Shown: positions 43,674 to 53,765, counted from the first letter of the stretch. The stretch: DNA of 64,000 nucleotides from an uncultured Actinomycetes bacterium (GCA_963759365.1 CAVWYX010000007.1:29422-93421); one strand, 5' to 3'. Notes: generated by a model not told the origin, from the letters alone. Numbers and translations are program-made.

Positions 43674-43701
43674 AGTCGGGTATTACCGCTGCTCCGTAGT
43701 C
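43673..43701 (+). repeat. J38: terminal M(v1) copy (right end of array)
   Basis: tagtcgggtattaccgctgctccgtagtc|accgag. It starts at the GNAT start codon. Confidence 0.7.
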
Positions 43702-43857
43702 ACCGAGTAGAAGACCTTAGACCGGCGGTCCCGACGTCAGGCAAATGGGTGGCGCGCGCTTACATCTACTGCAGCCGGAACGGGAGAATCCGATGAATCA
43801 GATCGTCCAAGACGAGCAAGGCTCAGCCGATGTCCGGGGCGCCACGGGACCCACGCG

Positions 43858-44544
43858 ATGAGGGTCTGCATCGTCGGAGCCTCCGGGAAGCTCGGGCGGT
43901 ACATGGTCCAGCACGCACTGGATCGCGGCTACGAGGTGGTGTGCGTGTGCCGCGAGCGCAGCGTCGAGAAGCTCGATGCGTTCGAGGGGCGCATCACAGT
44001 CATTCCGGGAGCGACGGACGACCGCGAGGTCATCAAGCACGCAGTAGCGGGGTGCGACGGGGTGCTCGTCGTGCTGGTCCCGCGAGGCGTCCACGAGTAC
44101 TCGACGGGAACGGCCCAGGCTGTGCTCGACTACGCGCCTCCGGGCGCGCGGCTCGTGTTCTCGTGCGGGTGGCACATCACGCGCGACGGCCAGGACGTGT
44201 ACTCGTGGAAGCTGAAGGCGATCGTGAAGGTCTTCGGCCCACTCGCACGCCTCGCCCGCTTCGCCGACCTCGACGACCAGGTGGAGGCGTGCCGGCGGGT
44301 GTTCGCCAGCGACACGCGATGGACCGTCGTACGTGGGAGCGACCTCGAGGAGGGCGAGAGCCAGGGTCTGCCCGTGTGGAGCCGGCACGTGGGCGACCCC
44401 ATTCTCGAGAGCAACATCACGCGCCGCGTGGACTTTGCCCTGTTCATGGTGGAGGCCCTCGAGAACGACGAGCTCGTCCACGAGGCTCCGGCGATCGTCG
44501 GCCGCCAGACCCCCTCGGCGCTCGCACACGCGGCCGGCGAGTGA
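43858..44544 (+). CDS. NAD(P)H-binding (NmrA/BVR-B-like) oxidoreductase
   Basis: 228 aa; MRVCIVGASGKLGRYMV Rossmann motif. Confidence 0.8.
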   Translation: MRVCIVGASGKLGRYMVQHALDRGYEVVCVCRERSVEKLDAFEGRITVIPGATDDREVIKHAVAGCDGVLVVLVPRGVHEYSTGTAQAVLDYAPPGARLVFSCGWHITRDGQDVYSWKLKAIVKVFGPLARLARFADLDDQVEACRRVFASDTRWTVVRGSDLEEGESQGLPVWSRHVGDPILESNITRRVDFALFMVEALENDELVHEAPAIVGRQTPSALAHAAGE

Positions 44545-44632
44545 GCTCTCGCAACCCAACCGATTCCGATGTGGTCGCTCAGCTCGTCGACATTGGCCGA
44601 GACCTGAACGCCTGAGCGCTTAGGGCCGAGAG

Positions 44633-44857
44633 TCAGCGTGCGGAGTCTCCGAGCAACTCCCTTGCGGCCTCGACATCAGAGGCGCGCACCAGGATCTCGC
44701 GCGGGCCTGCCGCAATGAAGTCCTCGAGCGGCGAATCGATGACCTCCGTATCGCGATAGGCGCAATCGATGCCGTTGGACTGGAGCAGACCGCAGACCAC
44801 GTCGGCTTCCTGCTCGCTGGCCACAACCGTCACGACGACACCCTCCTCGGGTTGCAT
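44633..44857 (-). CDS. DUF2007-like small protein
   Basis: 74 aa; VVTVVASEQEADVVCGLLQSNGIDC...ILVRASDVEAARELL. Confidence 0.55.
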   Translation of the reverse strand: MQPEEGVVVTVVASEQEADVVCGLLQSNGIDCAYRDTEVIDSPLEDFIAAGPREILVRASDVEAARELLGDSAR

Positions 44858-44976
44858 GATCGGAGGCTACTCAATGTCCGGGCGGTGCACGCACCCAGCG
44901 TGGCCGTCCGACCACGCTGCGAAAGGTCTTCGCCAGGAAGATCCGTTAGCCCGTTCGAGCCGTATCCTGCGCCGCG

Positions 44977-46122
44977 ATGAAGGTCGGGATCGTCGTCCCG
45001 TACTCGTGGTCCTTCTGGGGCGCGGTGGTCGAGCACGCCGAGCTGCAGGCAGAGGCGCTGCAGCGACTCGGCGTCGAGACGCGCACGATCATGGGGAACG
45101 ACCCCGAGGGCAGCTTCACGCGCGTGCTGCACCCGCGGCTCGGGCGGCATGGCAATCCGCCGCCGGACGTCATTCCCGTGGGACGGTCAGTGATCGTGCC
45201 GGCGAACGGCTCGTTGCCGAACATCGTCCTCTCGCCGCGGTCGGTTTCTGCGATTCGGCGCGCATTCGAGCGCGAGCGGTTCGACGTCGTGCACGTACAC
45301 GAGCCGATGACCCCTGCGATCTCCGTCGCGGCGCTCGCGCTGGCGCGCGTTCCGTGCGTCGCGACGTTTCACGCGCACGGGTCGCTTGGGTGGATGAAGT
45401 TCGGCAAGTGGTTGTGGGGTTTCCTCGCCGACCGTCTGGACTACCGGATCGCAGTCTCGCCCTACGCGCGCGATTCGGCGGCCGCCTGGCTTCCGGGTGA
45501 GTACGAGGTCGTGCCGAACGGCGTCTTGATCCCGCCGGACGCCGATCCGAGTGGACGAGAGCATCAGGTGGTCTTCGCGGGACGCCAGGAGCCCCGGAAG
45601 GGACTGCACGTATTGCTGCGCGCCTGGCCCGAGGTGCGGCGGCGGACCGGCGCGCGGCTCCGGATTGCCGGTGCCGATCCGCTCGCCGTGCGGCTCTTGC
45701 TCAGCCGCGAGCGTGTGTCCGACGAGGGGATCGACGTGCTCGGCCTCCTGTCGCAGGACGACCTCACCGCCGAGCTTCTCCGCGCCAAGGCGCTCGTCGC
45801 CCCGTCGCTCGGCGGCGAGAGCTTCGGGATGGTGCTGACCCGTGCGTTCGCCTGCGCCACGCCGGTGCTTGCCTCCGACATCGACGGGTACCGTGAGGTC
45901 ATGACCGACGAGGTCGGGGTCACCTTTCCTGCGGGTGACGAGCGTGCGCTCGCCGACGCGCTCGTGCGTCTGCTGGAGGACGAGCCCCGTCGCGCCGCGC
46001 TCGGCGCCGGCGCCCGCGAGCTGGCGACTCGCCGCTACTCCTGGGGCGACATCGCGCGCCGCCTGCTCGAGATCTACGAGCTCGTCACCGGCCGTTCGCG
46101 CGAGGTGGCGGCCGCGTCGTGA
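44977..46122 (+). CDS. GT4 family glycosyltransferase (PimA-like)
   Basis: 381 aa; MKVGIVVPYSW...C-terminal LVAPSLGGESFGMVLTRAFACATPVLASDIDGYREV. Confidence 0.85.
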   Translation: MKVGIVVPYSWSFWGAVVEHAELQAEALQRLGVETRTIMGNDPEGSFTRVLHPRLGRHGNPPPDVIPVGRSVIVPANGSLPNIVLSPRSVSAIRRAFERERFDVVHVHEPMTPAISVAALALARVPCVATFHAHGSLGWMKFGKWLWGFLADRLDYRIAVSPYARDSAAAWLPGEYEVVPNGVLIPPDADPSGREHQVVFAGRQEPRKGLHVLLRAWPEVRRRTGARLRIAGADPLAVRLLLSRERVSDEGIDVLGLLSQDDLTAELLRAKALVAPSLGGESFGMVLTRAFACATPVLASDIDGYREVMTDEVGVTFPAGDERALADALVRLLEDEPRRAALGAGARELATRRYSWGDIARRLLEIYELVTGRSREVAAAS

Positions 46123-47190
46123 AGCTCCTTCGCAGCACTGACGTGCGCGTCGCGCTGACCTTGCCGCCGCTACAGGTGTCGCTGCGCTGCTGTGGTGGCG
46201 CGGGCCGGCGTGGAGCGCCGTCGGGGACGCGTTCAAGGCCGTCGAGTGGCGGTGGGTGGTGGTCGCGATCGTGTTCAACCTCTTGTCCGTGGTGGCTCGC
46301 GCGGACTCGCTTGGCGCACCATCATCAATCAGGCGTTCGAGCAGCCTCATCCCTCGTTCATGCTCGTGTTCTCTGCCTTCTCGGTGGGACTGTTCGCGAA
46401 CGCGATCCTGCCGGGGCGGATCGGCGAGATCGCACGCGTCGCGGTGCTCGACCGGCACATGCCTCAGCCCAGGGCCTGGGCAAGACTGCTCGGCACGGTG
46501 TTCGCGCACCGTGTCTTCGACCTCGTCGCGGTGATCGCTCTGATCATCTATGTGATGCTGACCGCGCCCATTCCCGACTGGGCGGTCACGAGCCTGATCG
46601 TCGTCGTTGCCGTCGGCGTCATCCTCCTCACGGTTGCCGTGATGGGCGCACGGAACGATCGCTTCGCCGGATACGAGGAAGGGCTCGGTGCGATCCGGAA
46701 GGTGATCAGGCTCATTCGTTACGGCCTCGGCGTGATGCGCGAGCCGGCGGCGGCAGCGCTTGCCATGTTCTTCCAGATGCTCGGCTGGACGTTTCAGCTC
46801 TTCGCCGTCTGGACGTCGATGCGCGCGTTCGGGATCCACGAGGGGCTGCCGGCGGCCGGGCTCGTGCTCGTGCTGATGAACGTGGCGACGATCTTCCCGC
46901 TCTGGCCGGGCAACGTCGGGCTCGTCCAGGCGGCGGTCGCCCTGCCGCTGTTCACGTACTACGGCGTCGCGAAGGCGAGGGGAATCGCGTTCGGATTCGG
47001 CCTGCAGGCGATCGAAGCGTCGGTCGGCGTCGGCATCGGCCTGATCTTCCTCGCGCGCGAGGGGCTGTCGGTTGCAATGCTGAAGGTGATGCCCGACGCT
47101 TCACACGCCGAGGCGCCTGCGGACGAGCCACCGGCCGAGCCGGAGCCGGAGGTGGATGTCGAGCGCCCGCGCGCTCGCGTGTCCGGCTAG
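46119..47190 (+). pseudogene. flippase-like (UPF0104 / lysyl-PG-synthase TM region) membrane protein, two frame breaks near 46160 and 46300
   Basis: The protein is spread over three frames. First MKLLRSTDVRVALTL, then WRWVVVAIVFNLLSVVARA, then AWRTIINQAFEQPHPSFMLVFSAFSVGLFANAILPGRIGEIARV... Confidence 0.6.
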
Positions 47191-48094
47191 CCTCAAAGGC
47201 GTCCTCACGGCGCGCGAGGCTGCGGCGGCCCTCGCGGAAGGTCTGCGAACCTGGGCGGACGACGTCCGGGAGCTGCCGGTCGCCGACGGCGGCGAAGGCA
47301 CGCTCGACGTGCTGCACGCGACGCTCGGCGGCGAGCTCCATCCGGCGCAGGTGCACGACGCCTTCGGCCGGCCGCGCGAGGCTCGCTGGCTCGAATTGCC
47401 CGGCGGCGTTGCGGCCGTGGAGTCGGCGGAGGCGATCCCGCTCGATCCGGAGCGGCTCGATCCGTTTGCCGCCTCGAGCCGCGGGGTCGGCGAGCTGATC
47501 CAGGCCGTCGGGAGGCCGCGCGAGCTGCTCGTGTGCCTCGGTGGAACGGCGAACGTCGACGGCGGAGCGGGTCTGCTGGAGGTCGTGCACGAGCTGCCGG
47601 CGTTCACGCGCGTGGCGTGCGACGTCGACGTGCCGCTCGTGGACGCCGCGCGAGTCTTCTCGCTGCAGAAGGGCGCCACGGCAGAGGACGCCGTCGAGCT
47701 GGAGCGACGGCTGATGTCGATGCCGGCGCTGGCGCCGTACGCCGATCTTCCGGGCGCCGGCGCGGCCGGCGGTCTCGGGGCGGCGCTGGCCTCCCTCGGC
47801 GCGGAGCTCGTCCCGGGCGCACAGCTCGTGCTCGACGCGATCGGGTTCGATCCTTCGGGCTACGACCTCGTCGTGACCGGCGAGGGGACAGTCGACGTCA
47901 CGACGATGCGCGGCAAAGCGCCGGGTTACATTGCGCGGCGCTGCGCACGCCGCGGCGTCCGCTGCATCGTCTTCGGCGGCCGCGTCGTCGAGCCGCTTCG
48001 CCGTGCCGAGACGGTTGCGCTCTCGGGAGATCCCGCGCGTGCGCGCGAGGATCTCGTAGCGCTCGGTAAGGGACTCGCACCGGCCGCCGGCTAG
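47156..48094 (+). CDS. glycerate kinase
   Basis: 312 aa; SLKGVLTAREAAAALAEG...PVADGGEGTLDVL...VVTGEGTVDVTTMRGKAPG. Confidence 0.8.
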   Translation: MSSARALACPASLKGVLTAREAAAALAEGLRTWADDVRELPVADGGEGTLDVLHATLGGELHPAQVHDAFGRPREARWLELPGGVAAVESAEAIPLDPERLDPFAASSRGVGELIQAVGRPRELLVCLGGTANVDGGAGLLEVVHELPAFTRVACDVDVPLVDAARVFSLQKGATAEDAVELERRLMSMPALAPYADLPGAGAAGGLGAALASLGAELVPGAQLVLDAIGFDPSGYDLVVTGEGTVDVTTMRGKAPGYIARRCARRGVRCIVFGGRVVEPLRRAETVALSGDPARAREDLVALGKGLAPAAG

Positions 48095-48114
48095 GGTCGG
48101 CCAGAGGCGCCGCG

Positions 48115-48912
48115 CTACTCGATCAGCCCGAGGTGGCGTTCGAGGGTGCCGTCGGCGAGGTAGCGGCTTAGCTCCGGCTGGTCGTCCACGTCCGGCGCCC
48201 GCTCACGGAGAAGGGCAAGCAGCTCGCTGCCGAGCCGGGCGACAGCGGCCCGCACCTCGCCGCCGGACGCAGAGGTAACTCCGAGACAAACGGCAAGGTC
48301 GGTGGCGTAGTTGGCCGGTGCCACGGCGAGCTTCAGGGCAGCATCGAGCGCGTCGCGGCGGTCCACGACGATCCGCTCGTCGTTGAGGGAAATAAGCAGT
48401 GTTGGTGCGAGCGCAGCGGCGCCCTGCGCGAACCAGCGCAGTCCTAGCTCGTCGCCGCCGTGGGCCGCTCGCTTCGCCTTCAGCACGAAGTCGAGGAAGT
48501 CCTCGAGCTCCGGCGCCGCCCCCGGATGGCGCAGTGACGGATCGTTGCCCAGGTGTGCCCGCGTCTCTTCGTCCGTGCAGAGGTAGGAGGCGGCGTTGAT
48601 TGCCGGGAAGCCGAGCGACCAACGCGCCGGGGTCGTCGCCTTTGCCAGCCAGGCGTCCGCGGTTGTCGCTCCTGCGGAGATTCGCAACGGCGCTTCGCCG
48701 ATTTGCTCCTCGAACCACGTGCGGTAGCCGACACGCGGCGAGGGCGTGATCGCCATCAGGTCGAGGTCGCTCGCTTCCGCAGCCGTCCCCTTCGCGTAGC
48801 TGCCGGTGAGAAGCACCGCGGTCGCCTCCGGCTCCTTCGTGTCGAGCCGTTCGACCACTCGCCGGACGAGCGCGCCGTCGAGACCTTCGATCCCTCGTTC
48901 GAGACGGGGCAC
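48115..48912 (-). CDS. nucleotidyltransferase domain protein
   Basis: 265 aa; AVLLTGSYAKGTAAEASDLDLMAIT (GS-X-DxD type motif). Confidence 0.7.
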   Translation of the reverse strand: MPRLERGIEGLDGALVRRVVERLDTKEPEATAVLLTGSYAKGTAAEASDLDLMAITPSPRVGYRTWFEEQIGEAPLRISAGATTADAWLAKATTPARWSLGFPAINAASYLCTDEETRAHLGNDPSLRHPGAAPELEDFLDFVLKAKRAAHGGDELGLRWFAQGAAALAPTLLISLNDERIVVDRRDALDAALKLAVAPANYATDLAVCLGVTSASGGEVRAAVARLGSELLALLRERAPDVDDQPELSRYLADGTLERHLGLIE

Positions 48913-49080
48913 GCAGCGACCTTACGCTCGTCCCTTCGTCGAAGGAGTCGCGAAAGCAACGTCGACGGCGGTTCGACGACGGGGTCGCCTGCACATGCGC
49001 CGTTCAAGCGGGTTGCGAACGATCTGTCTGGCGATGAGGACGTGTGGCGCGAACACCCTCCGACTATGCCCGGCGTGTCG

Positions 49081-49095
49081 ATTATCAGCAATAAT
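49081..49095. promoter_or_regulatory. LysR-type T-N11-A box (ATTAT-CAGCA-ATAAT)
   Basis: Perfect inverted repeat in an unusually AT-rich stretch, 29 nt upstream of the LysR start and between divergent genes. Confidence 0.5.
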
Positions 49096-49123
49096 GGTTT
49101 GTTCAGTATCATCAGCACCGCTT

Positions 49124-50026
49124 ATGCTGGACCCTCGCCGAGTCCTGACCTTTCGTGAGGTTGCGCGGCTGAGGTCGTTCTCCGAGGCGGCCGCAGCTCT
49201 GTCGCTGACGCAACCGGCGGTCTCGCAACAGATTCGTGCGCTCGAGTCGCAACTCGGCGAGCGCCTCATCGACCGCCGGCCCGGTCTCTTCAGGCTCACG
49301 GAAGCGGGTCAGCTGCTGCTCGAGCACGCCGAGTTTCTGGCAGAGCGCTTGCAGCTGGCGGAGACGCAGCTTGCCGAGACCCTCGCACGTCTGAGCACGG
49401 CCCTTCGGCTCGGGGCATTCCCCAGCGCGCTTGCGACGCTGGTCCCGAGGGCGGTGCAACGAGCCCGGTCCTCAGGGCGCGAGCTCGAGCTGAGCGTGAC
49501 CGAAGGCGGCACCGACGAGCTCGTCGCCCAGGTGCGCGCAGGCGAGCTGCACGTCGCGCTCTGCTTTCAGAGCGCCGCCGATGAGCCACGCGAGGACATC
49601 GGGACGCGCCGATACGACCTGTTCGAGGAGCCCATGGTCGCGGTCCTGCCGCCGTCGCACCGACTGGCGGCACGCACCCGGATCCGGCTGAGCGACTTGA
49701 GCAAGGAGACGTGGCTTGCCGCCACACGCGACGGCCTGATCTATCGGGCCTGCGCTGCGGCCGGCTTCGAGCCGCGAATCGCCTACCTCACAGCCGACCC
49801 GCTGGGGAGTCGCGGCCTTGTCGCGGCCGGGCTCGCCGTCACGCTGACATCGAAGCTTCTGGCCGCGGACCTGCACGGCGTCGCAACTCCCAGCCTCGAT
49901 CGGCCGCCGCATCGCACGGTCTACGCCGTCGTGCCGAGTGCGGGCACGGGCCCGATCGTGGATTCGTTCCTCGCGATGATCCGCAGTGAGGCTCGTCAGC
50001 TCGGATTGAGACCGAAAGCCGCTTAA
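49124..50026 (+). CDS. LysR family transcriptional regulator
   Basis: ATG 49124; MLDPRRVLTFREVARLRSFSEAAAALSLTQPAVSQQIRALESQLG. Confidence 0.85.
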   Translation: MLDPRRVLTFREVARLRSFSEAAAALSLTQPAVSQQIRALESQLGERLIDRRPGLFRLTEAGQLLLEHAEFLAERLQLAETQLAETLARLSTALRLGAFPSALATLVPRAVQRARSSGRELELSVTEGGTDELVAQVRAGELHVALCFQSAADEPREDIGTRRYDLFEEPMVAVLPPSHRLAARTRIRLSDLSKETWLAATRDGLIYRACAAAGFEPRIAYLTADPLGSRGLVAAGLAVTLTSKLLAADLHGVATPSLDRPPHRTVYAVVPSAGTGPIVDSFLAMIRSEARQLGLRPKAA

Positions 50027-50232
50027 GACGAGCGTGCCGACTCGGCGCGGCGGGCCAGCTCTTCGATCTTCCCCTGCGCTGCGTCGAGCTTGCCGACGCA
50101 GATCTTGTAGAGCTCTTCTCCGCGCTCCCAGAGCTGGATCGCCTCGTCGAGATTCGCTTCACCCCGCTCGAGCCGCTCGACGATCTGCTCCAGCTCGCGC
50201 TGTGCCTCTTCGAAGGTCAGCGTGGTGCTCAC
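50023..50232 (-). CDS. xseB: exodeoxyribonuclease VII small subunit
   Basis: 69 aa; LTFEEAQRELEQIVERLERGEANLDEAIQLWERGEELYKIC. 4-nt overlap with xseA. Confidence 0.85.
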   Translation of the reverse strand: MSTTLTFEEAQRELEQIVERLERGEANLDEAIQLWERGEELYKICVGKLDAAQGKIEELARRAESARSS

Positions 50233-51368
50233 TCGACGCGTGCTCCGAAGCGGCCCTCGGCGACCTCCACCTGGAGTGGGTCTCCGCGGGAGACGTCCTC
50301 CGGAGAGCGGACGATGCCCTGCTCCGCGCGAACGATCGCGTAGCCGCGCTCGAGCGTCGCGCGGGGCGAGAGCGCGCGCAGCCGTCCGGCGGCGTGCTCG
50401 AGCCGTGCGCGCTTCCGCTCGACGGCCAGCATCGGAGCGTGGCGCAGGCGCTGGTGCGCATGTGTGATGCGTTGGCGCCGTTGTTCGAGGACGCCCTGAG
50501 CACCGCGTGCGAGCGCCGCGCGTGAACGGCCGAGGCGCTCGGCCAGCGCGGCGGCGTCCGGCACGACGAGTCGCGCCGCTGCGGTCGGTGTCGACGCGCG
50601 GGCATCCGCGGCAAGATCGCACAGCGGAGTGTCCTGCTCGTGCCCGACGGCGGACACCACCGGTACGGGACACGCCGCGACTGCGCGGACGAGTCGCTCG
50701 TCGCTGAACGGAAGCAGGTCCTCGAAGCTGCCCCCGCCGCGCGCGAGCACGATCACGTCCACCTCGCCGGCCGCGCAGATCTGGCCGAGTGCATCGACCA
50801 TCGCGTTCGCGGCGAGCGGTCCCTGGACGTACGTCTCGGCGACCACGATCCGCGCCGCGGGGAAGCGCGACGTCATCGTCGTCAGGACGTCGCGCTTCGC
50901 GGCAGCGTCGTTTCCGGTCACGAGCCCGATCCGGCGCGGCATGAACGGGAGCGGACGCTTGCGCTCGAAGACACCTTCGGCGGCGAGCTTCTTCTTCAGC
51001 CGCTCGAGCGCGGCGAGGTGATCGCCGAGCCCGAAGCGCTCGATCGAGAGCGCGCGCATCCGGAAGTCGCCGCGCGCTTCGAAGAGCTCCGGGCGCCCGA
51101 AGACGTGGACGCGCTCGCCGTTCGCGAGGTCGAGCCGCAGCGCGTCGAAGCGACTACGTGCGATCGTGACGCCGAGGCACGCTCCGTCGCTCGGATCCTT
51201 CAGCGTGAAGAACACGGACTGCCAGCGCGCGTTCCGCCGCAGCTCGGTGACCTCGCCCTCGACCCAGATCGTCGGCAGGCGCTGTAGCCAGTCGGCGACG
51301 CCGCGGTTGAACGCGGCGACGGTGTAGACCTTGCGGTCGCCGTACTGGAGTGCCTCGACCTTCGCCAC
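50229..51368 (-). CDS. xseA: exodeoxyribonuclease VII large subunit
   Basis: 379 aa; VYTVAAFNRGVADWLQRLPTIWVEGEVTELR...GLVTGNDAAAKRDVL...VIVLARGGGSFEDLLPF. Confidence 0.9.
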   Translation of the reverse strand: MAKVEALQYGDRKVYTVAAFNRGVADWLQRLPTIWVEGEVTELRRNARWQSVFFTLKDPSDGACLGVTIARSRFDALRLDLANGERVHVFGRPELFEARGDFRMRALSIERFGLGDHLAALERLKKKLAAEGVFERKRPLPFMPRRIGLVTGNDAAAKRDVLTTMTSRFPAARIVVAETYVQGPLAANAMVDALGQICAAGEVDVIVLARGGGSFEDLLPFSDERLVRAVAACPVPVVSAVGHEQDTPLCDLAADARASTPTAAARLVVPDAAALAERLGRSRAALARGAQGVLEQRRQRITHAHQRLRHAPMLAVERKRARLEHAAGRLRALSPRATLERGYAIVRAEQGIVRSPEDVSRGDPLQVEVAEGRFGARVE

Positions 51369-51411
51369 GCGGCTCAGGATGCCACGCGCCGCTCGGCGAA
51401 TGTGCGCCGGC

Positions 51412-51639
51412 TTAGATCAGGATCTCGGCGGCGGTCTCGGGCGCGCAGCCCTGACCGACGAGCTCGACGGCGCGGTGCAGGTCGGCTTCGCTACCCGCGA
51501 GGCGCTCGGCCAGTGGCAGGGGATACCCGGCTTCCATCAACACGTGCAGTCGCCAGCTCTCGACCTTGGAGCGCTCGCCACCGTCCGGCTCGATGATCTC
51601 GGTCGTCTCTCCCACGGTGTGCCTCGTTCGCCGTCTCAT
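51412..51639 (-). CDS. hypothetical small protein
   Basis: 75 aa ORF with plausible composition; no motif recognised. Confidence 0.4.
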   Translation of the reverse strand: MRRRTRHTVGETTEIIEPDGGERSKVESWRLHVLMEAGYPLPLAERLAGSEADLHRAVELVGQGCAPETAAEILI

Positions 51640-51702
51640 AGACGAACCCTGCCGTCGTTTGTTGGTTGCGAGACTCTTTCTTAAAGATCTAGATTCGCAG
51701 AT

Positions 51703-53029
51703 TTAGGTTCGCGCGAAGGTCTCGTCGATCCGGCGCGCCAGCTCGCGCAGGCGACCGTCGAGGACGGCACGCTCCGCCTCCAGGTCGGCGGCGAGACCGT
51801 CGAGGCGCCGGCGCAGCTCCTGCTCGGAATGGCTCAGGCGCGACTCGAGCTCGGCGACGGCCTCACCGTGCTGGCGCTCGAGACTGTTCGACGCATCCGC
51901 CATCCGCTTCTCGAGACGCTGCGCTCCGGCGTCGCCCACCTGAGCGAGCCGCTCGCCGAGCACTTTCTGCGCCTCTCGTGCGTACGCCTGCACCGCGCGG
52001 TCGAGCTCCCGCGCCAGCCGGGTGCCTGCGTTGTCCCGGGCCGTCTTCAGCGCGTCGGCGAACTGCTGGCCGGCGGCGTCGGAGTAGCTCGCCGTCGCGC
52101 GCTGGAGGATCCGTTCGAGGTTCTCGATCTGTCGGCGCTCGACGTCGGCGAAGCTCGACTGGATCCGGCGCATCGCTTCCGTTTCCTCGCGCTCGATCTG
52201 CTGGGACAGCTGCCGCTCGCGCTGCCGCATCCGGTCGTTGAGCTCGTGCAGTGCGCGCCTGCGCTCCGACGCGTAGCCCTCGAGCTCGCCGCTTCCCGCC
52301 TGCACCGCCTCGTGTGTGGCACGCGTCACGTCCTCGCGGAGGCGCACCAGCGCCGCGCGCTGCTGCTCGCTCTCGCCCTCGAGGCGCTCGGCGTCCGCGG
52401 CCACGCGCGCCTCGGCCTCGGAGATCAACTGCTTCTGGCGCTGTGCGAGCCGCGTGATCTGCTCGGTGACGCCTTGCTGGACTCGGTCGAGGTCGCCTTG
52501 CCACGCCTGCAGCCGCGCCTCCACCTGTCGCTGCGCGATGACGAGTGCGTGGCCCAGCTCGTCGCCCGCGACGCGTGAGCGTTCGGCCGCTTCGGCTCGG
52601 TGTGTCTCGGCGATCCGGCGTTCCTGCTCCTCCAGCAGCGAGGTCGAGTCCGCCCGCGCCCGCAGGAGGATTCGCTCGAGCTCGGCGCTGAGCTCGTCCG
52701 CCTCCTGCGCCACGAGCGCGCTGAGCCGTGCCTGGGCGCGCGCCAGCTGGTCGTCGATGCGCCTGATCGCCCGGACGAGATCGCGCATGCGGAGCGCTCC
52801 GAGCTCGGCGAGAAAGGCGAGCGTGATGCCACCTGCGACGACCGCCAGCTCCGCTTGGGGCCGGAGGCCGAAGGCGATCCACGCTGCGACGGCCGTGGCG
52901 CCGAGGGCTGCGGCGAGGGAGCGCAGCAAGGAATGCGACAGCGCGATCGAGCGCGGCTCCGAGGAGGGAAAGCGCCGCGACCACCACCGCGACGGCGAAG
53001 ACGATCTGTGCGACTCCGACGAGCGACAC
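51703..53029 (-). pseudogene. membrane-anchored long coiled-coil protein, frame break near 52920
   Basis: TM start MSLVGVAQIVFAVAVVVAALSLLGAAL (51863..53029 frame) joins LLRSLAAALGATAVAAWIAFG... and about 380 aa of E/R/A/L/Q-rich coiled coil (51703 frame). Confidence 0.5.
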
Positions 53030-53033
53030 GGCG

Positions 53034-53765
53034 TCAGGTTACGCGGAGGAGGACGAGGGCGACCGCGAGAGCGACGACGGCCGCGGTGAGCATCCGGAGG
53101 GCGCGCTCGGCGTCGGCGGTGAGGCTCGCGCGGGTGATCGGGATGGTCGTGCCGTCGACGAGATCGATCCTGCCGGAGACGTTTCGTGCCTGCCGGCGGA
53201 GGCGTCGCACCGGAGTCGAGAGGAGCCGTTGGGCGTAGCTGTAGAGGGCCGCGAAGGCCGCCGCGAGGATCGCCTCGACGCGGACCGTCTCGGCCATCGC
53301 GAAGTACGTTGCCAGGACGGGAAACGCTCCCCAGGCGAGCGCGAACCACAGGTCTCCGTGGAAGCGGCCGCCGAAGAGCTCGAGGTTGTACGCGACGGCG
53401 ATGAACGTCCCGGCGGCGACGAAGGCGAGGAGCCACAGGTTGGTGTACAGCGCCGTAACTACGCCGATGGCGGCGGCTCCGGCGAGCGAGACGACGGCCA
53501 GCGCGATCAGCCCGCGGCGCGGGATCCTCGTCTCGAGCGGCCGCCCGTGCAGCTCGTCGAGGGCGTGGGCGGCGATGCCCATCCCGAGGAAGAAGGCGGC
53601 CAGGGCGAGCCCGAGCACCCAGGCTCGGAAGTGCGGGGCGATGGCGGCGCCGATCGCCACGTACGACAGATGCCACGCGGTGTACGGCGGGTGGAGGAGC
53701 GTCACGTAGTCGCGCCAGCCGCCGGGCGCGAGCGCGTAGAAGGCGGGCCGCGCCGTCTCGCTCAT
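53034..53765 (-). CDS. polytopic integral membrane protein
   Basis: 243 aa from MSETARPAFYALAPGGWRDYVTLLHPPY. The ATGA overlaps the upstream methyltransferase. Confidence 0.6.
   Translation of the reverse strand: MSETARPAFYALAPGGWRDYVTLLHPPYTAWHLSYVAIGAAIAPHFRAWVLGLALAAFFLGMGIAAHALDELHGRPLETRIPRRGLIALAVVSLAGAAAIGVVTALYTNLWLLAFVAAGTFIAVAYNLELFGGRFHGDLWFALAWGAFPVLATYFAMAETVRVEAILAAAFAALYSYAQRLLSTPVRRLRRQARNVSGRIDLVDGTTIPITRASLTADAERALRMLTAAVVALAVALVLLRVT

Larger units (their letters stand above)
10734..43701 (+). mobile_element. integron-like gene-cassette array (38 co-oriented junction elements, ~37 cassettes, no recombinase gene in window)
   Basis: Conserved junction element J1-J38 sits at nearly every intergenic boundary, always in the same orientation. 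It is absent by eye from both flanks. The region also holds duplicated cassettes, gene remnants and an empty cassette. Confidence 0.8.

Noticed and set aside
10734-43701. Could the regularly repeated element be a CRISPR array?
   Set aside because: The repeats are 35-125 nt and modular. The 'spacers' are 0.4-1.6 kb and contain complete genes. There are no cas genes and no short uniform spacers.
10898-43701. Canonical integron attC sites
   Set aside because: I could not find the paired RYYYAAC / GTTRRRY boxes. Only GTAGTTGGAG partially resembles R-prime. Many junctions are too short to be attC, and no intI is present. I therefore call the array integron-like, not an integron.
10898-43701. Ordinary genome-wide REP/BIME or MITE family
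   Set aside because: All copies are co-oriented and confined to this 33 kb, with none seen in 30 kb of flanks. They sit at essentially every gene boundary and coincide with cassette duplication breakpoints. I cannot exclude this without the whole genome; see the would_refute fields.
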